Positions 29,538 through 39,291 of a stretch of 64,000 nucleotides of DNA are shown piece after piece. The number at the start of each line of letters is the position of its first letter. The first letter of the stretch is position 1. The stretch lies in assembly GCA_043801585.1 (NCBI GenBank), contig JAZDLX010000007.1, positions 1-64,000 of the forward strand, read 5' to 3'. The notes under the pieces were generated by a model. It worked only from the letters and a program-made list of their open reading frames with translations, was not told the origin of the DNA and did not search any database. Both the position numbers and the translations under genes were made by a program. Source of the DNA: a bacterium (GTDB lineage Bacteria; Electryoneota; Electryoneia; Electryoneales; Electryoneaceae).

Positions 29538-29648
29538 AATGCCTCCAGCCCTTGAACGGTAACAACAGGAAAAATATACGATACTTTTGAAGGGGGTCTA
29601 AGGCAACTCTCGCGGTACCTCAAATCTCGGTGATTTGCCCCGTTAGAG

Positions 29649-30722
29649 TTATTCCGGGAGGATTCGGATTGGATTGGTAAAGACCCATCCCCTGCCGCGA
29701 CGGTAGGTCTCGAGACGCCAGATGCCATCGTCCCGGGTGGTGAATCTCAATTCCTTGCCGCGGAGCCGGATCACCGGGGTGCCGTTCCGCACCAGGATCA
29801 TGTCTGCGTCGAGGGGCGAGTGGGCGACAAAGGTCACCTCGCCTCCAGGATCGAGGCGTTGAATCGGGAGAATACGCTGACCCTCCGAGATGGCATAGAA
29901 ACGGAACCCGTGGGGGCGGCCGACACGGTGGTTTGCCCCGAAGTGACGCCCCTCACGGAGTGCGGAATAGATCTGCCGTTTTGCCACCTCGTAGGTCTTC
30001 GAGAGCGGCTCTTCCAGCAACAGGTGGGTGAGCAGGCTGCGAAACTGGACCTTGTAGTGGAACACCTTGACGTGGAGCAATCCCCAGAGGAGGGGGTATT
30101 TCAGCGAGTGCGCATCGACCCCCACGTATCCGACCACCGGGCGGTTTCGGTTCAGCAGATCCCACGTCGCCAGGGTTTCGGGCTCCGGACGAGTGAGACT
30201 TTTCAGTGGGTGGAGGAAGCGCTGCAACCTGTTGAATCGTGTCAACCCCTCGACCCATTGGCTGAGCTGGTTCCAGATCTCGATTCCGTCAATCGGCGCA
30301 TCCCAGGCCGTCCATGGGAAGGGTGGCATATCCTTGAATGCAGTTCGTTTTTCGTGGGGGTGGGCGATCGCTCCAAAACCGCCCATCTTTTGAACCGCGC
30401 GGACGTACTCCGCAATGTTGGACTGGTCAGGAACGTGATCGATATCGAAGGCGAGGTAATGGTTTGGCAGGTCCTCATCGCCGAGTTCCGAACCGATCAT
30501 CACGTTCACCCGGCCGTATTTCCCCTCCTGACCAAGCTCGTACGCTTTGAGATGTTCGTGATCGGTGATGATCAGCCAATCGAGTCTGCGTTCGTTGGCA
30601 TAACGGGCGATTTCCTCGGTCGTGCCGGTCCCATCCGAATAGAGAGTGTGCATGTGAAGCACGCCCACCGACTCGTGCAGCCGGGGTCCCGGACCGTCGT
30701 CCATTTTACGCCCGATGATCAT
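29649..30722 (-). CDS. PHP-domain metallohydrolase
   Basis: HMHTLYSDG, ITDH, AHP and DAH. Confidence 0.88.
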   Translation of the reverse strand: MIIGRKMDDGPGPRLHESVGVLHMHTLYSDGTGTTEEIARYANERRLDWLIITDHEHLKAYELGQEGKYGRVNVMIGSELGDEDLPNHYLAFDIDHVPDQSNIAEYVRAVQKMGGFGAIAHPHEKRTAFKDMPPFPWTAWDAPIDGIEIWNQLSQWVEGLTRFNRLQRFLHPLKSLTRPEPETLATWDLLNRNRPVVGYVGVDAHSLKYPLLWGLLHVKVFHYKVQFRSLLTHLLLEEPLSKTYEVAKRQIYSALREGRHFGANHRVGRPHGFRFYAISEGQRILPIQRLDPGGEVTFVAHSPLDADMILVRNGTPVIRLRGKELRFTTRDDGIWRLETYRRGRGWVFTNPIRILPE

Positions 30723-31270
30723 AGACCGAGCTCGCTGGAGATGGAAGCCATAGCGTCACGTGCAAGCAACAGAAACTCGACCAGTTCGAGCCCGAGTTCC
30801 GAACATGTCTTCATCTGCTCGCGATCCGCACCGGCGGCGAATCGTTTCTCCTTGAAACGGCGTAACATGAAATCGGCGTCCAGCGATGCAACTTTCTTCT
30901 CGGGATGCATCAACGCACAGGCAACGATGAAACCGGTTACCGGATCCCCACAATAGATCGCCTTTTCCATCGCTGCCGACCTCGGAACGAAACCAGCATG
31001 AGCGTGAATGGCATTCAACATCTCTTCTGAAACATTGCCTTCAGCTTCAAGGAACTCGCGGGTGATATACGTGTGGTGCGGAAAATCGTCCTTCGTCTCT
31101 TCATAATCGAGATCGTGCAGCAGTCCTGTCAGCCCCCAGACCTCCTCGTCGGCGCCTTCCAGTCTCGCCAGCGCACGCATCACCGCCTCGACAGCGTAAA
31201 CGTGCTTGCGGAGGTTCTTGTTCACGAGCTTCTCGTGCACCAGTTCAAGGGCGCGTTCGCGGCTGATCAT
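30719..31270 (-). CDS. HD-domain (HDIG) hydrolase
   Basis: KHVYAVEAVM, GLLHDLDYE and KEKRFAAGADRE. Confidence 0.9.
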   Translation of the reverse strand: MISRERALELVHEKLVNKNLRKHVYAVEAVMRALARLEGADEEVWGLTGLLHDLDYEETKDDFPHHTYITREFLEAEGNVSEEMLNAIHAHAGFVPRSAAMEKAIYCGDPVTGFIVACALMHPEKKVASLDADFMLRRFKEKRFAAGADREQMKTCSELGLELVEFLLLARDAMASISSELGL

Positions 31271-31297
31271 GACAATGCTCCCCTGCAAGTGGACGTG

Positions 31298-32008
31298 CTA
31301 ATGGTCGAACGTTATGCGCAGACCTGTTGTTATTCCATCTCCCTGGGGTGTGACACCGAGCGTTGGGTCGATGTGGAAATCGTAAAGATGTGCTTCAACA
31401 TAGGCATCCGTCGCTGCGAGCAATGTGACTCCCGCTGTCCACCAGATCAACTTGTTGCGGTCGCTCTTGTAGAAATCCGCCAGGTAGTAGTGCCATGTAT
31501 AGACTCTTTCCGGTGAACCCTGTGCAAGGGTTTGATCTGCCAGTTGGCGATTTGTCTTTGAGAGCCGGTCCTGCTGGAGAATACCCGCTATCATCCCTGC
31601 GTCGGTTCCAAAGAAGGCAAGTGACTTGAAATAATTGTGAGTGTAGAATTGTCCCAATCCCGGCACCAGAAGGCTCATGATAAATGCCTTGGTGGGACTT
31701 TTCCGGAGCGGGACTCCGTGGTCCATGTTTACCTGGTGCATGTCGATCTGGGGTCCGCTCGTTCCGAAGCTGCGGTTATACTCGTCTTGAAAGCGATTCA
31801 CTTTCGGTTCGAGAGAATCGCCCGGCTGCGGGGCGGCAGGGGGTTCCATCTCTGCTCCCGAACGTGTCGAATCCACCGAAACCGTTGAGTCCGAACGCAC
31901 CGCCGACTGGCCATGAACGGGCGTGAACACCCCCGATCCCAGAAAAAGCGACAGCCCGAACAGCAGAACGGCAGAGAGCGGTATCAGTCGCTGATTAGTG
32001 CAACGCAT
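31298..32008 (-). CDS. DUF5683-like membrane/exported protein
   Basis: [19 protein letters not shown] and [11 protein letters not shown]. Confidence 0.8.
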   Translation of the reverse strand: MRCTNQRLIPLSAVLLFGLSLFLGSGVFTPVHGQSAVRSDSTVSVDSTRSGAEMEPPAAPQPGDSLEPKVNRFQDEYNRSFGTSGPQIDMHQVNMDHGVPLRKSPTKAFIMSLLVPGLGQFYTHNYFKSLAFFGTDAGMIAGILQQDRLSKTNRQLADQTLAQGSPERVYTWHYYLADFYKSDRNKLIWWTAGVTLLAATDAYVEAHLYDFHIDPTLGVTPQGDGITTGLRITFDH

Positions 32009-32370
32009 TCGATCTCGACGAGTACGTTCTTTGGCAGACGGGAGACTTCAACGGCGCTCCGGGCAGGAGGGTTCTCTCCGAAATACCCGGAATAGACCTC
32101 GTTCATCGTCGCGAAGTCGTCCATGCTCTGTAGAAACACTGTCGTTTTCACAACTTGTTCCAACGAGGACCCCGCTGCCTCAACGACTCCCTTCAGATTC
32201 TCCAGGACGCGACGGGTCTGCTCGCGGATCTCGACACCGACAACGTTTCCCGTATCCGGATCCATCGCGATCTGTCCGGCGGTGAAGAGGAAGGAACCTT
32301 GAGCGATAATCCCCTGACTGTAGGGGCCAATGGCTTGGGGGGCGTTTTCGGTGGCAAGAACACGGCGCAT
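31984..32370 (-). CDS. ridA: RidA (YjgF/YER057c/UK114) imine deaminase
   Basis: [19 protein letters not shown] and LVEIE. Confidence 0.95.
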   Translation of the reverse strand: MRRVLATENAPQAIGPYSQGIIAQGSFLFTAGQIAMDPDTGNVVGVEIREQTRRVLENLKGVVEAAGSSLEQVVKTTVFLQSMDDFATMNEVYSGYFGENPPARSAVEVSRLPKNVLVEIECVALISD

Positions 32371-32561
32371 GATCACCTCGAGTAGGTTGAATCCGAACCC
32401 TTTCAACGTAGCGAGTTCCGAATACCGGGTCAAGAAGAGTCGGCGCTGGAAAGAGGGCGTCAGGATGACTACGGTGGGGACGTCAGGATGATGTAAGTGG
32501 AACCACCGTCCTCAGGTCGTTCATCCGCAAGCGGCGATCAGGGGACCTGCCACAAAAGCGT

Positions 32562-33464
32562 TCACCTGATATGAAAGATGTCCTTGAAGACATACCCGGC
32601 GACACGCGGATTTTCCTTGAGCCGCCGCGTCGAATAGGCGTACCAATCCTTCCCGAAGGGGACGTAGACACGCATTTTGTGACCATCGGCAATGATCTGG
32701 CGCCGCAATGTTTCGGTGACGCCGAGCAGCATCTGAAATTCGTATTTATCCGGGGTGATTTTCAGCTCTCTGATGATCCGGTTGGCTTCATAGACGAGCA
32801 TCTCATCGTGGGTGGCGATGCCGATGTATATGCCGGATGAAAGCGCTTTGCGCAAAAGCATCACAAAATTGCGGCGGACGATGTCAAAATTCCTGTGGGC
32901 AATCTCAGGCGGCTCAATGTAAATGCCCTTGCAAAGGCGGATGTTCGCTCTCGCCGGAATCAGGCGGTCATCCAGATCCTTCACCGTCCGGCGCAGGTAC
33001 GCCTGCACGACGACTCCGACCTCTTCATATTCCTTGCGCAGGTCTTCATAAAGATCGAGGGTGAGGGTCGTGAACGGGCTGTCCTCCATGTCAATGCGCA
33101 CGAAATTGTTCTGTTCGCGCAGCTTCTCAATGATCTGAAGAAAATTGTTCCTGCACAGGTTGTAATCGAGGGCCAGGCCCATCTGGGTTGGTTTGATTGA
33201 GATGTTGGCGTCCAGTCCTTCATTGGTGATGGTATCGATAACGCCGAGGTACCGCTGAACGGCATCCTTCGTCTCTTCCGGCCGGGTTGCCGATTCCCCG
33301 AGGACGTCGATGGTGGCACAGGCGCCCTGGCGATTTAACGTTTTCACGGCGCGGATCGCGTCCTCGATGGTCTCACCGGCGATGTAGGGTTCTGCAAAAT
33401 GGCGGACAATGGGTTTGGGGACGAAGGGCAGAGTGGCGACGATAAATCGATCAAGCAGACTCAT
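32562..33464 (-). CDS. Monofunctional proline dehydrogenase
   Basis: IDMED, RLCKGIY, ATHD and YVPFGKDWYAYSTRRLKENP. Confidence 0.95.
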   Translation of the reverse strand: MSLLDRFIVATLPFVPKPIVRHFAEPYIAGETIEDAIRAVKTLNRQGACATIDVLGESATRPEETKDAVQRYLGVIDTITNEGLDANISIKPTQMGLALDYNLCRNNFLQIIEKLREQNNFVRIDMEDSPFTTLTLDLYEDLRKEYEEVGVVVQAYLRRTVKDLDDRLIPARANIRLCKGIYIEPPEIAHRNFDIVRRNFVMLLRKALSSGIYIGIATHDEMLVYEANRIIRELKITPDKYEFQMLLGVTETLRRQIIADGHKMRVYVPFGKDWYAYSTRRLKENPRVAGYVFKDIFHIR

Positions 33465-33582
33465 CTCAAGCTCCTGGCAAACGTTCAGGGGCGAATCCCC
33501 ACGGTCAGAATTGCTGCAAATATACCATGAACCCCAACGTGCTCGCCAGCGATGCCTCGGGCCGTACGTGTCAATAAAATCA

Positions 33583-33638
33583 GGCCCTTCGCAACTTCGG
33601 TCATCCGCCGGTTGGCGGACTCCTGCTTGCGAAGGGCC
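33583..33638 (-). terminator. Hairpin, probable terminator of the GT2 cluster
   Basis: 12-bp stem ggcccttcgcaa/ttgcgaagggcc with an inner tccgcc/ggcgga hairpin, followed by tgattttatt on the minus strand. Confidence 0.6.
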
Positions 33639-33701
33639 GAGGTCGCACGGCTTTCGCCGCTGCAATCAGATTCTAACAAAGGGATCAGCCCCAGTCAAGT
33701 T

Positions 33702-34877
33702 TCAGCGAGGCCGCCGGTAAATCTGGCCTTTCCAGACCACGGGCCAGCGAGTCAACCAGGCGAACAACAACAGATGGTTCAGTGCGATCTGGTAAAACTC
33801 CTGCAGAAAGATCTCCCAGGTGTGGACTTTATCCCCGATACGCGTGCTGATCCGGCGGATGACGATCCAGTCGCCGATGGCCATCATCACCAATGCGGTC
33901 AACGCCTGCCACGGGTACAAGAAGATCATCCAGGGCACCACGATCCGGATCAGAAAGATCAGCGAAAAGATCAGCGTGTTCAGTGGGTTGAAGATTCTCA
34001 ATCCAGCAGCCCAGCGCCGTTTCTGCCGCCAGAGGATTTTCAACCTTTGGATCGGTGCGGTGATGATTCGGGCTTCAGGTTCGAGAATCATCGCCATGGC
34101 GCCGCGGCTGTGATGCATAAAATGGTTCATCAGGGCGTAGTCTTCGATCACCGTGCTCCCGATGACTCGGTAGCCACCCGTCCGCCGGTAGGTGCTCATC
34201 CGGATCCCGAGGTTGTTCCCGATGAGGAATGCGGAGTGAAAACGCCCTGTGATTCGAGTGATTGCTTGTGGCAGCCTGTCGAACCAGCAGTACCTGCCGT
34301 CGCTGGGTCCGCAGGAGTTCGTCAGGCCCGCCATCATGCCCAGGTAGTACCAGTGGTCGACTCGCTGCATGTGCTCCACCGGTCGTTCGATTCCCTGTAC
34401 TTTCTCAACGGTCACCAGCCCGCCGATAGCGTCCATGTCATCGGTGAAATGACTCATCATCGAGGACACCCAGGTCGGTGGAATGACGCAATCCCCATCG
34501 GTTATCAGGGAGTATTCGGTGTCCACAAGTTCAAGTCCCTCCGCAAGGGCATGAACTTTACCCTTCAGCGTTTTGTCCTCATCCTTCAGATGAAGTACAC
34601 GAGTGGAGAACCGCGAGCGCCGGGCGTACTCTTCCATCATCGTACCGGTGGCATCCGTCGAAAGGTGGTCGACGAGGATGATTTTCAAATTCTTTTCGGG
34701 GTAATCCTGGGTGTCGATGGAAGCGAGAAGGTTCAGGAGGTTCTGTTCTTCATCCCGAGCGCAGATCAGAACCGTGACCTCCGGCTGATCATCACGGGTG
34801 GGGAGTGGCCGGCGCATTCCATTGACGATCAACAGCGCTGTAATGAGACAGAGGAGACCGATCAGAAGGGCAATCAT
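33702..34877 (-). CDS. Membrane glycosyltransferase family 2
   Basis: ARDEE, TDGDC, IEDY and QKRRW. Confidence 0.92.
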   Translation of the reverse strand: MIALLIGLLCLITALLIVNGMRRPLPTRDDQPEVTVLICARDEEQNLLNLLASIDTQDYPEKNLKIILVDHLSTDATGTMMEEYARRSRFSTRVLHLKDEDKTLKGKVHALAEGLELVDTEYSLITDGDCVIPPTWVSSMMSHFTDDMDAIGGLVTVEKVQGIERPVEHMQRVDHWYYLGMMAGLTNSCGPSDGRYCWFDRLPQAITRITGRFHSAFLIGNNLGIRMSTYRRTGGYRVIGSTVIEDYALMNHFMHHSRGAMAMILEPEARIITAPIQRLKILWRQKRRWAAGLRIFNPLNTLIFSLIFLIRIVVPWMIFLYPWQALTALVMMAIGDWIVIRRISTRIGDKVHTWEIFLQEFYQIALNHLLLFAWLTRWPVVWKGQIYRRPR

Positions 34878-35620
34878 GCTGCTCTCCCCGCAAGAAACTC
34901 CCTGATTGACCCGAGACGCAACCCGGCATGTTTCCACAATGGCAGCACCGTGTCGAGCACCCTCGGCAACAGGTGGCCGTTGACCCCGCCGTCGTGCAGC
35001 ACGATGATGTCCCCCGGCTTCGCGTGTTTCAGCAGCCGTTCGGAAATCTGGCTGGCCTGCACACCCTCCTTCCAGTCTCCGACGACGAGGCTGAAGAGGA
35101 TCAGACGGGCGTTCAGTTCCGCCGCCGAGGCGACCGCAGCGTAATCGAAACGTCCAAAGGGAGGACGCAGCAACAGGGGAGTATCACCCGCAAACGGCGA
35201 ACCTTTTGAAAGAGGGAGGATGGCGGGGTTCATTTCGATGCTGCGGCGAAACCGGGTGAGGAACCACCAGGCTTGATGGCTGGCGCCATGATAGCCGATG
35301 GAATGTCCTTCGCGGCGCATGCGGGCAATCACTTTTTCCTGCCCTTCGATACGGTCGCCACGCAGAAAGAAGACAGCCTTGACGTGGTGGCGTTTCAGGC
35401 TGTCCAGTACCAATGGAGTGATCTCCGCAACCGGGCCGTCATCAAAGGTGAGCAGAAGAGGACCCTGTTCCCGATCAGGGTGTCCCCAGAGCGCATCGGG
35501 AAACAGACGGATGAATACCTCCGGGGTTCGTTGAACAGGTCCACGGAGGGTTTTCAGATCGTCGAGGAGCTGTCGCGGATCGCGGTATCGTGCAAGCTCC
35601 CGCCATACGCGGTCGAGCAT
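34874..35620 (-). CDS. NodB-type polysaccharide deacetylase (CE4)
   Basis: TFDDGP, HGASH, RPPFG and LHDG. Confidence 0.92.
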   Translation of the reverse strand: MLDRVWRELARYRDPRQLLDDLKTLRGPVQRTPEVFIRLFPDALWGHPDREQGPLLLTFDDGPVAEITPLVLDSLKRHHVKAVFFLRGDRIEGQEKVIARMRREGHSIGYHGASHQAWWFLTRFRRSIEMNPAILPLSKGSPFAGDTPLLLRPPFGRFDYAAVASAAELNARLILFSLVVGDWKEGVQASQISERLLKHAKPGDIIVLHDGGVNGHLLPRVLDTVLPLWKHAGLRLGSIREFLAGRAA

Positions 35621-36813
35621 TAACTCGCCCTCCGCGATGACTTCCCCTTGATCATCGGTTGCAGACCGCCGAAGGTTTGTCCCTTCCAGGTGAACGAGAA
35701 GAACTGGCCACGGATGCCCGCGTAGAGGATTGCCGGGGCGTGGAGGAGTTCCGTGATCAGGAACTTGCCGATAGGAAGCCGTTCTCCGAACCGCTTCGTT
35801 CCGATCTGCATGATATGCGTCTCGGCCACCAGTTTGCCGGCGACCATCGCCAGCGAAAGGGCCGGGTTCATTCTCCCGAGAATCGTGATTGGGATCGACA
35901 GCGCCGCCGCAAAGTAGTAGGCGAACGTTCCGACGAGCAGCACCATCAAATACGGCGGATAGTAGAAACCCTTCGAGGACCAGCGTGCTCTCTGATTCAC
36001 CCACTGGCGCGTCGTGTCCACCGGCTTGCTGAACACGTATCCTTCAGGCCGGTCGATGAAGATCACCCTGCCGCCGTGCGTCATCACATCCTGCAACAGG
36101 AAAACGTCATCACCCGAGGCGACACGGTCGTTGCTGCCATACCCGCCGATCCGGTCGTACACGCTGCGGCGGGCGGCAAGGTTGGAGCCGTGGGCGTTCT
36201 GCACGTGACCAGCGCCGATCGCTCCAGCGGCCATCACCGAGTAGGAGAGATGCTCCAGGCTCTCGTAATCGGACCACCAGGGAACCGGATCTCCTTTGTC
36301 ACGGATGAACCGGCTGACGCCTGTCGCACCGTCCACATTGTGATCGGAAAACGGCCCCGCCAACGCCCGCAACCAGCGCGGTCCCATCCAGCAGTCCGCG
36401 TCCGTGGTGACGATCACCTCGCCGGTGGCCAGCTCGATGCCCCGTGCGAGGGCGTATTTCTTCGGAGCGCGGCCCTGGCTCGATTCCTCGTCACGGATCC
36501 GGAGCACCTTGTATTTGACTCCGCGGCCTTCCCGCGATCGCACGAGATCTCCGGTTTGATCGCGGCTGCGGTCGTCGACGACGATCACTTCGAACTTGTC
36601 TTTGGGGTAATCCTGTGCTTCGAGGGCATCCAGCAACCGTCCGATCCGGGTCTCCTCGTCCCGTGCGGCCACGACGATGGACGCCGTAGGCAGGTCGGCA
36701 TCCTTTTCGACCATCGGGGCACGGGGGAGAATGCGCAAGCCCACTCGCACGATGATCAGGAAGGCGAAGTAGACCAGCGCCGACAACCAGGAGAACATGT
36801 AGAAGATGGTCAC
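35620..36813 (-). CDS. Membrane glycosyltransferase family 2
   Basis: ARDEE, TDADC, SGDD and QRARW; GGGAGG before GTG. Confidence 0.92.
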   Translation of the reverse strand: MTIFYMFSWLSALVYFAFLIIVRVGLRILPRAPMVEKDADLPTASIVVAARDEETRIGRLLDALEAQDYPKDKFEVIVVDDRSRDQTGDLVRSREGRGVKYKVLRIRDEESSQGRAPKKYALARGIELATGEVIVTTDADCWMGPRWLRALAGPFSDHNVDGATGVSRFIRDKGDPVPWWSDYESLEHLSYSVMAAGAIGAGHVQNAHGSNLAARRSVYDRIGGYGSNDRVASGDDVFLLQDVMTHGGRVIFIDRPEGYVFSKPVDTTRQWVNQRARWSSKGFYYPPYLMVLLVGTFAYYFAAALSIPITILGRMNPALSLAMVAGKLVAETHIMQIGTKRFGERLPIGKFLITELLHAPAILYAGIRGQFFSFTWKGQTFGGLQPMIKGKSSRRAS

Positions 36814-37868
36814 GGCGTATCCTCCCGTGACAATCCGAGACGACGGAGCAGCGCCTGGGGACGCATCCGGAACAGCACCCACAGCCCGAAGATCCCCGGA
36901 ATCAGGACGTTCATTCCGAACAGGATCAGCGATGCGGAGAATCCGGTTGTGTTTGCAATGGCATAGCGCTCGTAGAACGAAACCGCCGCCCATTCACCAA
37001 CGCCGAGGTTCCCAAGCGAAATGGGGAGGGCGGTTTTCACGAACAGTGCCGCCGCGTACGTATGTGCCGCCACCCACCAGGCAACCGGTTGAAACGCCAG
37101 GCTGATCAGCCAGAACTGGGTCAGGATAATGATGAACTGCAACGCTGTGGCAAGGGTCAGCCGAATGCAGTGGACAGGCTGGATGCCGTCATAGGCCCTG
37201 AGCAGCTCAAGCGTCCGCCCCTTCGCCCCGATCGCCAACTGGATCGCCAACAGCAAGGATTTCAACGGTGTCGGTGTCAACGCGAAGATCAGGTAGACGA
37301 GGGGCAGCAACGACACGATAACGCCCACTTCCGTCCTCAAACCGGAGGGCAGTGCAGTGTTGAATCCCGGCATCCAGAACAGCAGGAAGGGTCCGAGCAG
37401 GGCGACAGCGCCGGCGAAATACATTTTATCGAGAACGTGCAGACCCGCGAGTCGCAATCGTGAAGGAGCTTCAAGGAGGAACACCCTGCCGATTTCACCG
37501 ACACGTCCCGGAGTGATCAATCCCAGCGAAAGACCTCCGAGGAAACTGGCAAATGTCCTGCCGAAACGCACTGATGGCAATTCGGAACGGACGAGGATCC
37601 ACCAGCGAAGTCCCTGCAACGCCAGGTTGATGGGAACCAGGAGCGCCGCCAGCAGGATCAGGGTTCCATTCGCTTTTGCCAGCGCATTGCCGAGTGCGTC
37701 CTTCTGCATCGTTTTCACGAGGAGGTAGAGCAGGGCGAAGGACAATGCAGCTTTCGCAAGCCGGATCAACCACGTCAGGAGAGTCCGGCGCTTCACACCA
37801 TTGGGTTGGGGTGAGGTCGAAAGTTTCGGGGCCGCTTCAGCGCCAGGATGTTGGGACATCGGTGCCAT
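36810..37868 (-). CDS. LPG-synthase-TM/YbhN flippase-like membrane protein
   Basis: LRWWIL, TPGRVGEIGR and PISLGNLGVGE. Confidence 0.88.
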   Translation of the reverse strand: MAPMSQHPGAEAAPKLSTSPQPNGVKRRTLLTWLIRLAKAALSFALLYLLVKTMQKDALGNALAKANGTLILLAALLVPINLALQGLRWWILVRSELPSVRFGRTFASFLGGLSLGLITPGRVGEIGRVFLLEAPSRLRLAGLHVLDKMYFAGAVALLGPFLLFWMPGFNTALPSGLRTEVGVIVSLLPLVYLIFALTPTPLKSLLLAIQLAIGAKGRTLELLRAYDGIQPVHCIRLTLATALQFIIILTQFWLISLAFQPVAWWVAAHTYAAALFVKTALPISLGNLGVGEWAAVSFYERYAIANTTGFSASLILFGMNVLIPGIFGLWVLFRMRPQALLRRLGLSREDTP

Positions 37869-37883
37869 CAGGTTGGTTCCGCC

Positions 37884-39053
37884 TCATTCCGTTTCTGACA
37901 TCGCGGGGTCGTGAATTTCATCTTCGATCGGTTCGCCCGCTCTTCCGCGCACAAACGTACGACCTTTCCAGTGTACGTTGCCAAACAGAGCTTTCGGCCA
38001 GATCGCCCAGAGCAGGAAAGGAGCCGAGGACGCGGTTGCCATCGCCATGACGGCGCGTGGTGGATCTCCAATGACCCGCAGGGCCGAGGAGGCGAGAATC
38101 AGATCGAACAGCCATTTGCGCTTCCATGCACTCCACACTGTCGCGGGTTTCACCAGGCCAAAGAACACGGCGACTGTCGCCAGTCCCAGTCCCATGAACA
38201 GAGCGCTGCTGATCGCACCGATCGCCACCCAGCCCGGAGCGTATTTCGGTCCCACCGAAAGGTGGCGGGCTTTGGTTGACAGGATTTTCGACGTCGGAGG
38301 AGCCGCGGAGGGGACGAAGGAACGCGGGTCCGCGGAAAAAGCCGCCTTCCAGTCCGTACGTGCGGTGATGTGCTGCAGGAACAGGTCGTCATCGCCGGAA
38401 GCCATTGTGCTGCCGCTTCCGTAGCCGCCGAGATCAAGGTAAAGCTGGCGGCGGTAGGCGAAATTCCGTCCAAAGGCGTTGAACGGGTACCCGGCTCCGA
38501 CAGCCGCCGCGCAGAGGACGGCAGCAGACCAGGATTCGCCCGCAGCGAGCACCTGGATGGGATTGCGGACACCCGTCAATGGAGCGTATCCGAGAACAAC
38601 TCCGATGTTTTCCCGCATCGATGATGCCAGGGAGCGCAGCCATCCGGGACCCGGCTGGCAATCCGCATCCGTGGTGACAATCCACTCGGCGTCGCAGGCT
38701 CGGATGCCGGTGTCGAGAGCCCGTTTTTTCGGGGAAGCGATCGACGACAGGGGGTCGGAACGGAGGGCGTGAAACCGTTTGTCCCGCTTTTCCGCGGAAC
38801 GGGCAATGCGCCACGTGGCGTCTTCCGAATCGTCGTCCACGATCAGAAAGTTCACCTTCGATTCGGGGTATTCCTGGGCGACCAGTGCACCAATCAGGTT
38901 GGGCAGGTTCCGCTCCTCATTCCGCGCCGCGACAACCACAGCCACCGTCGGGAGATCATCTTCGGGCACACTGGGGCGCCTCCGGATCATTGTCAGCCCG
39001 AACGAAGCCAGACCCGCCAGGATGCCATATAACATCGTGAAAGTCTTAAGCAT
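37884..39053 (-). CDS. Membrane glycosyltransferase family 2
   Basis: ARNEE, TDADC, SGDDD; the QxxRW position reads TKARH. Confidence 0.9.
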   Translation of the reverse strand: MLKTFTMLYGILAGLASFGLTMIRRRPSVPEDDLPTVAVVVAARNEERNLPNLIGALVAQEYPESKVNFLIVDDDSEDATWRIARSAEKRDKRFHALRSDPLSSIASPKKRALDTGIRACDAEWIVTTDADCQPGPGWLRSLASSMRENIGVVLGYAPLTGVRNPIQVLAAGESWSAAVLCAAAVGAGYPFNAFGRNFAYRRQLYLDLGGYGSGSTMASGDDDLFLQHITARTDWKAAFSADPRSFVPSAAPPTSKILSTKARHLSVGPKYAPGWVAIGAISSALFMGLGLATVAVFFGLVKPATVWSAWKRKWLFDLILASSALRVIGDPPRAVMAMATASSAPFLLWAIWPKALFGNVHWKGRTFVRGRAGEPIEDEIHDPAMSETE

Positions 39054-39291
39054 ACGGTTGACTCCCTGCGTCAGGAAAGCCTGAACATGCCCCAAACCAA
39101 TAAGATTTGTAATATAGGTGGGGCCGTGAAGCGCTCCAAAGTCTTCGATCAGCCTTTGCAAGCAATAGCTGCCGTAACGTATCCTTACCCGAACAGTGTT
39201 TGGGATGCCAAAGAATAGTCAACGGGCATCCGGATGTAAGCGTTGTCTCTCACGTTTACAGGCAGTCGGTACTTTTATACGAGCGATCGCG

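Noticed and set aside
33552..36966. Long plus-strand ORFs of 530 and 435 aa
   Set aside because: They are antisense to well-supported GT2 and deacetylase genes, as is typical of GC-rich DNA.
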